DNA of 64,000 nt, taken from positions 4,576,001-4,640,000 of the forward strand of contig OZ250150.1 of the NCBI GenBank assembly GCA_965237675.1, in the 5' to 3' direction. The position numbers were made by a program, and so were the translations under genes. Origin of the DNA: Candidatus Latescibacterota bacterium. Lineage in GTDB: Bacteria; Latescibacterota; UBA2968; GCA-2709665. This document shows, piece after piece, positions 61,734-64,000 of the stretch. The notes under the pieces were generated by a model, which was not told where the DNA came from, searched no databases, and was given only the letters and a program-made list of their open reading frames with translations. The first letter of the stretch is position 1. Every line of letters starts with the position of its first letter.

Positions 61734-62636
61734 TTACCCCAGATGCTCCGTCCGCAGTTGCCGCGACCACTCAAAGTACTCGTCCAGTCGCACCAACTCG
61801 AACTCATCGACGATATCGGCTGCGGTGCGGTCCGCAGCCTCGCTGTAGATCACCGAAGTGCCCACCTCCCCGGTCGTGACAATGCGAACGGCCTCGCCGT
61901 ATTGCCGATGTATATCGTCGAACCTGGCCCGATTCTTGTCGAGATGCACCACTTCAAAGTCAAGATTGATGCGTGCCGTGGCCCAGCTCTGATAGTTATT
62001 GCTCTGAGCCAGGGTGGTCCCCTGCGGATCGATAATGGTGCAGGGCGTCCCCCTATACACCGAGCCGACGAAATAAGCCTGCACATCCAATGCCCAGAAA
62101 TTCTGCACGAGCCCACCGTGGTACATGGAACTGAAGAGCAGTAATTTGGGCTTGAGCTTTTTGTACTGGGCCCGCAATTCCCCGAAGTTCAGATCGAAAC
62201 AGATCACACCGCCCACCGGCCCGAATTCGGTCCGGATCAGGGACGCGCCCGGACCGGGGCGGGTGCCGTGGTCGAACTCCGGGTACACTGGAATGTACTT
62301 GCGGTAGACACCGGCCAGTTCACCCTGCCGATCGAGCAGCCCGAGGACATTGAAGACCGCCCCGCTCTTGCGCTCCTTCTCATGCACTGGGACGGTGATA
62401 TAGCAGCTATACTCCCGGGCCAGGCCGGCCAGCAGCTGAGTTGTAGGCCCCTCGGGCACGTCCTCGTCGCAGTTCCGGCAGATGGTCTCGGGCAGGACGA
62501 TCAGATCGGGCGTGGTGGCTCGGGCGACCTGCCCCACCAGGTCCTCCAGGTCCTTGTGGGTCTGCTTCATCACCGCCTCGTCCTCTCCGCTGATCGGGGC
62601 GTAGGAAATGCTCGATACGACGATATAATTGCTCAT
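61734..62636 (-). CDS. Carbon-nitrogen hydrolase
   Basis: DLIVLPE, YRK and ICFDLNF (E-K-C triad). Confidence 0.9.
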   Translation of the reverse strand: MSNYIVVSSISYAPISGEDEAVMKQTHKDLEDLVGQVARATTPDLIVLPETICRNCDEDVPEGPTTQLLAGLAREYSCYITVPVHEKERKSGAVFNVLGLLDRQGELAGVYRKYIPVYPEFDHGTRPGPGASLIRTEFGPVGGVICFDLNFGELRAQYKKLKPKLLLFSSMYHGGLVQNFWALDVQAYFVGSVYRGTPCTIIDPQGTTLAQSNNYQSWATARINLDFEVVHLDKNRARFDDIHRQYGEAVRIVTTGEVGTSVIYSEAADRTAADIVDEFELVRLDEYFEWSRQLRTEHLG

Positions 62637-62696
62637 GGTTTAGCCCTTTCGAAAGTCGATTCGTGATTTCAATGCCCTGCTCCGCCAGGGGGATCT

Positions 62697-63092
62697 TTAT
62701 CCGGCCTGCTCGACAGGCAAGCTCGATCCCACTTCCGCCGGAGCCCCACGTTCGCCGACCCAGACCTCGTTTCCGTCGGGATCGCGAACTCGAAATTCCG
62801 TCATGTCGTAGAATGTTACACCGACAGGATTGGGGTCGAAACCTGCGGCAACCAGGCGGTCCCGTACCGTTTCAATTTCGGACGTATCGTAGTAAACGAC
62901 AGTTGAGGCGTTCGATTCCTTGCGTATAGATCGGTCGATCATCACCTGGCAACCGTGTTCACCTTCCAGCACCGCATGGCCCCACTCGTCTCTACGTCGG
63001 ATCACTTGCAGACCCATGCCCTGCGAGTAGAAGTTAATAGACTGATCCAGATCAGTTATTGGAACCATCGAAGTGATACGATGTATGCTCAC
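62697..63092 (-). CDS. VOC/glyoxalase family protein
   Basis: DLDQSINFY and YDMTEFRVRDPDGNEV. Confidence 0.88.
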   Translation of the reverse strand: MSIHRITSMVPITDLDQSINFYSQGMGLQVIRRRDEWGHAVLEGEHGCQVMIDRSIRKESNASTVVYYDTSEIETVRDRLVAAGFDPNPVGVTFYDMTEFRVRDPDGNEVWVGERGAPAEVGSSLPVEQAG

Positions 63093-63133
63093 GGTTTTGC
63101 CTCCCAGCTAAAAGTGCAGCCCCATCCCATGCA

Positions 63134-63922
63134 TCATTTCACGGGATCTCCATACCGTGAACTCAACCACCAATCAGCGTGTGGCATACCACTCTCGTGC
63201 GTTTTTTTCACCAGCAGATCGATATCTATCGGCACGCGACGCAACTCGATGCGAAGGCTCCTATCCTCCCATGTAATAGCTCCATATTCTGCCCAAGGAG
63301 GATATTCCCTATCGTGCAGATCACTCCATGGACGTTGAGTAACTCGGCGTATGCGATCGTGCGCAGGAATAGGAGCACCGACACTTCCAGGATTGATTAT
63401 CGTGCTATCTGCATGATAACGAATCATCTGCGTATGCGTATGTCCTCCAGCCAATACCATAGCGTGATAACCAGACAGCATGCGTTCCATTTCCTCATCT
63501 GGAGTGGCTGAAACAATTACATCTTCATTGGATTGTGGGGAACCGTGATAGCAAAGAAGACTGGTATTCGCATCGAGAGGTATCTCGACCGTTGCCTGGA
63601 ACGTGCGCATGTAGTCGAGATCGTCAGGTGATAGCCTACGGACACCCCAGAATTGAACTTCATTTCCTCGCTTGGCGTTCTTGCTCTTTCCTTCACCTGG
63701 ATGTGGGTTGAGACACCACGTGTCCATGTTACCCATGACGACCGGGGCATTCAGCGTTTTCAAATGGGCGATGACCTCACCTGGTTGGGGGCCTCCAGAG
63801 ACGATATCACCCAAGCACACGATGCGATCAATGTGTTCTGTTTTGAGATCGTTCAAGACAGCTTCTAAAGCCACGAAATTCCCGTGGATATCAGAGATGA
63901 TGGCGATTCGCAAGCGCTTCAT
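63134..63922 (-). CDS. Metallophosphoesterase
   Basis: ISDIHGN, CLGD, GNMD, HGSP, GHTH and NPGSVG. Confidence 0.92.
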   Translation of the reverse strand: MKRLRIAIISDIHGNFVALEAVLNDLKTEHIDRIVCLGDIVSGGPQPGEVIAHLKTLNAPVVMGNMDTWCLNPHPGEGKSKNAKRGNEVQFWGVRRLSPDDLDYMRTFQATVEIPLDANTSLLCYHGSPQSNEDVIVSATPDEEMERMLSGYHAMVLAGGHTHTQMIRYHADSTIINPGSVGAPIPAHDRIRRVTQRPWSDLHDREYPPWAEYGAITWEDRSLRIELRRVPIDIDLLVKKTHESGMPHADWWLSSRYGDPVK

Positions 63923-64000
63923 ACCTCCATTGCAGTGAGAAAGATCACAGTGCCGAGGTTAAACATCAAGACCAGATAAGCTGTGGATCCATTTGTCCCG

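Overview
GC-rich bacterial chromosomal window. I found no rRNA, tRNA, CRISPR array, integrase or intact transposase. Positions 1-12 kb hold mostly + strand metabolic and envelope genes: two outer-membrane barrels, an NDT-like protein, DUF2961, a sulfatase, a Tat-exported sulfite-oxidase-family enzyme, a PhyH dioxygenase and an MNT-HEPN pair. From ~12.4 kb to the end, almost every gene is on the - strand. Many are small unrelated enzymes (GNATs, SAM methyltransferases, NUDIX, HAD, kinase-like, VOC, phosphatases) or toxin-antitoxin modules, many are broken, and several are separated by eroded attC-like sites. This suggests a decaying integron-type cassette array. Intergenic DNA is crowded with non-autonomous elements: IS630-type and IS5/IS1182-type MITEs, GTAG REPs, a self-nesting TGAGCYTGTCGAA hairpin family, G/C-tract hairpins flanking a DUF559 relic, and heptamer repeats. 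The most striking signals are (i) a three-copy structured non-coding element with compensatory base changes, (ii) an 8 x 14-bp palindromic operator-like array in front of a dead higB / intact higA locus, (iii) hairpins nested inside their own loops, and (iv) repeated toxin loss with antitoxin retention. The gene content resembles Latescibacterota/Gemmatimonadota-like marine or host-associated bacteria (inference only). All product calls come from motif recognition by eye, not from database searches.
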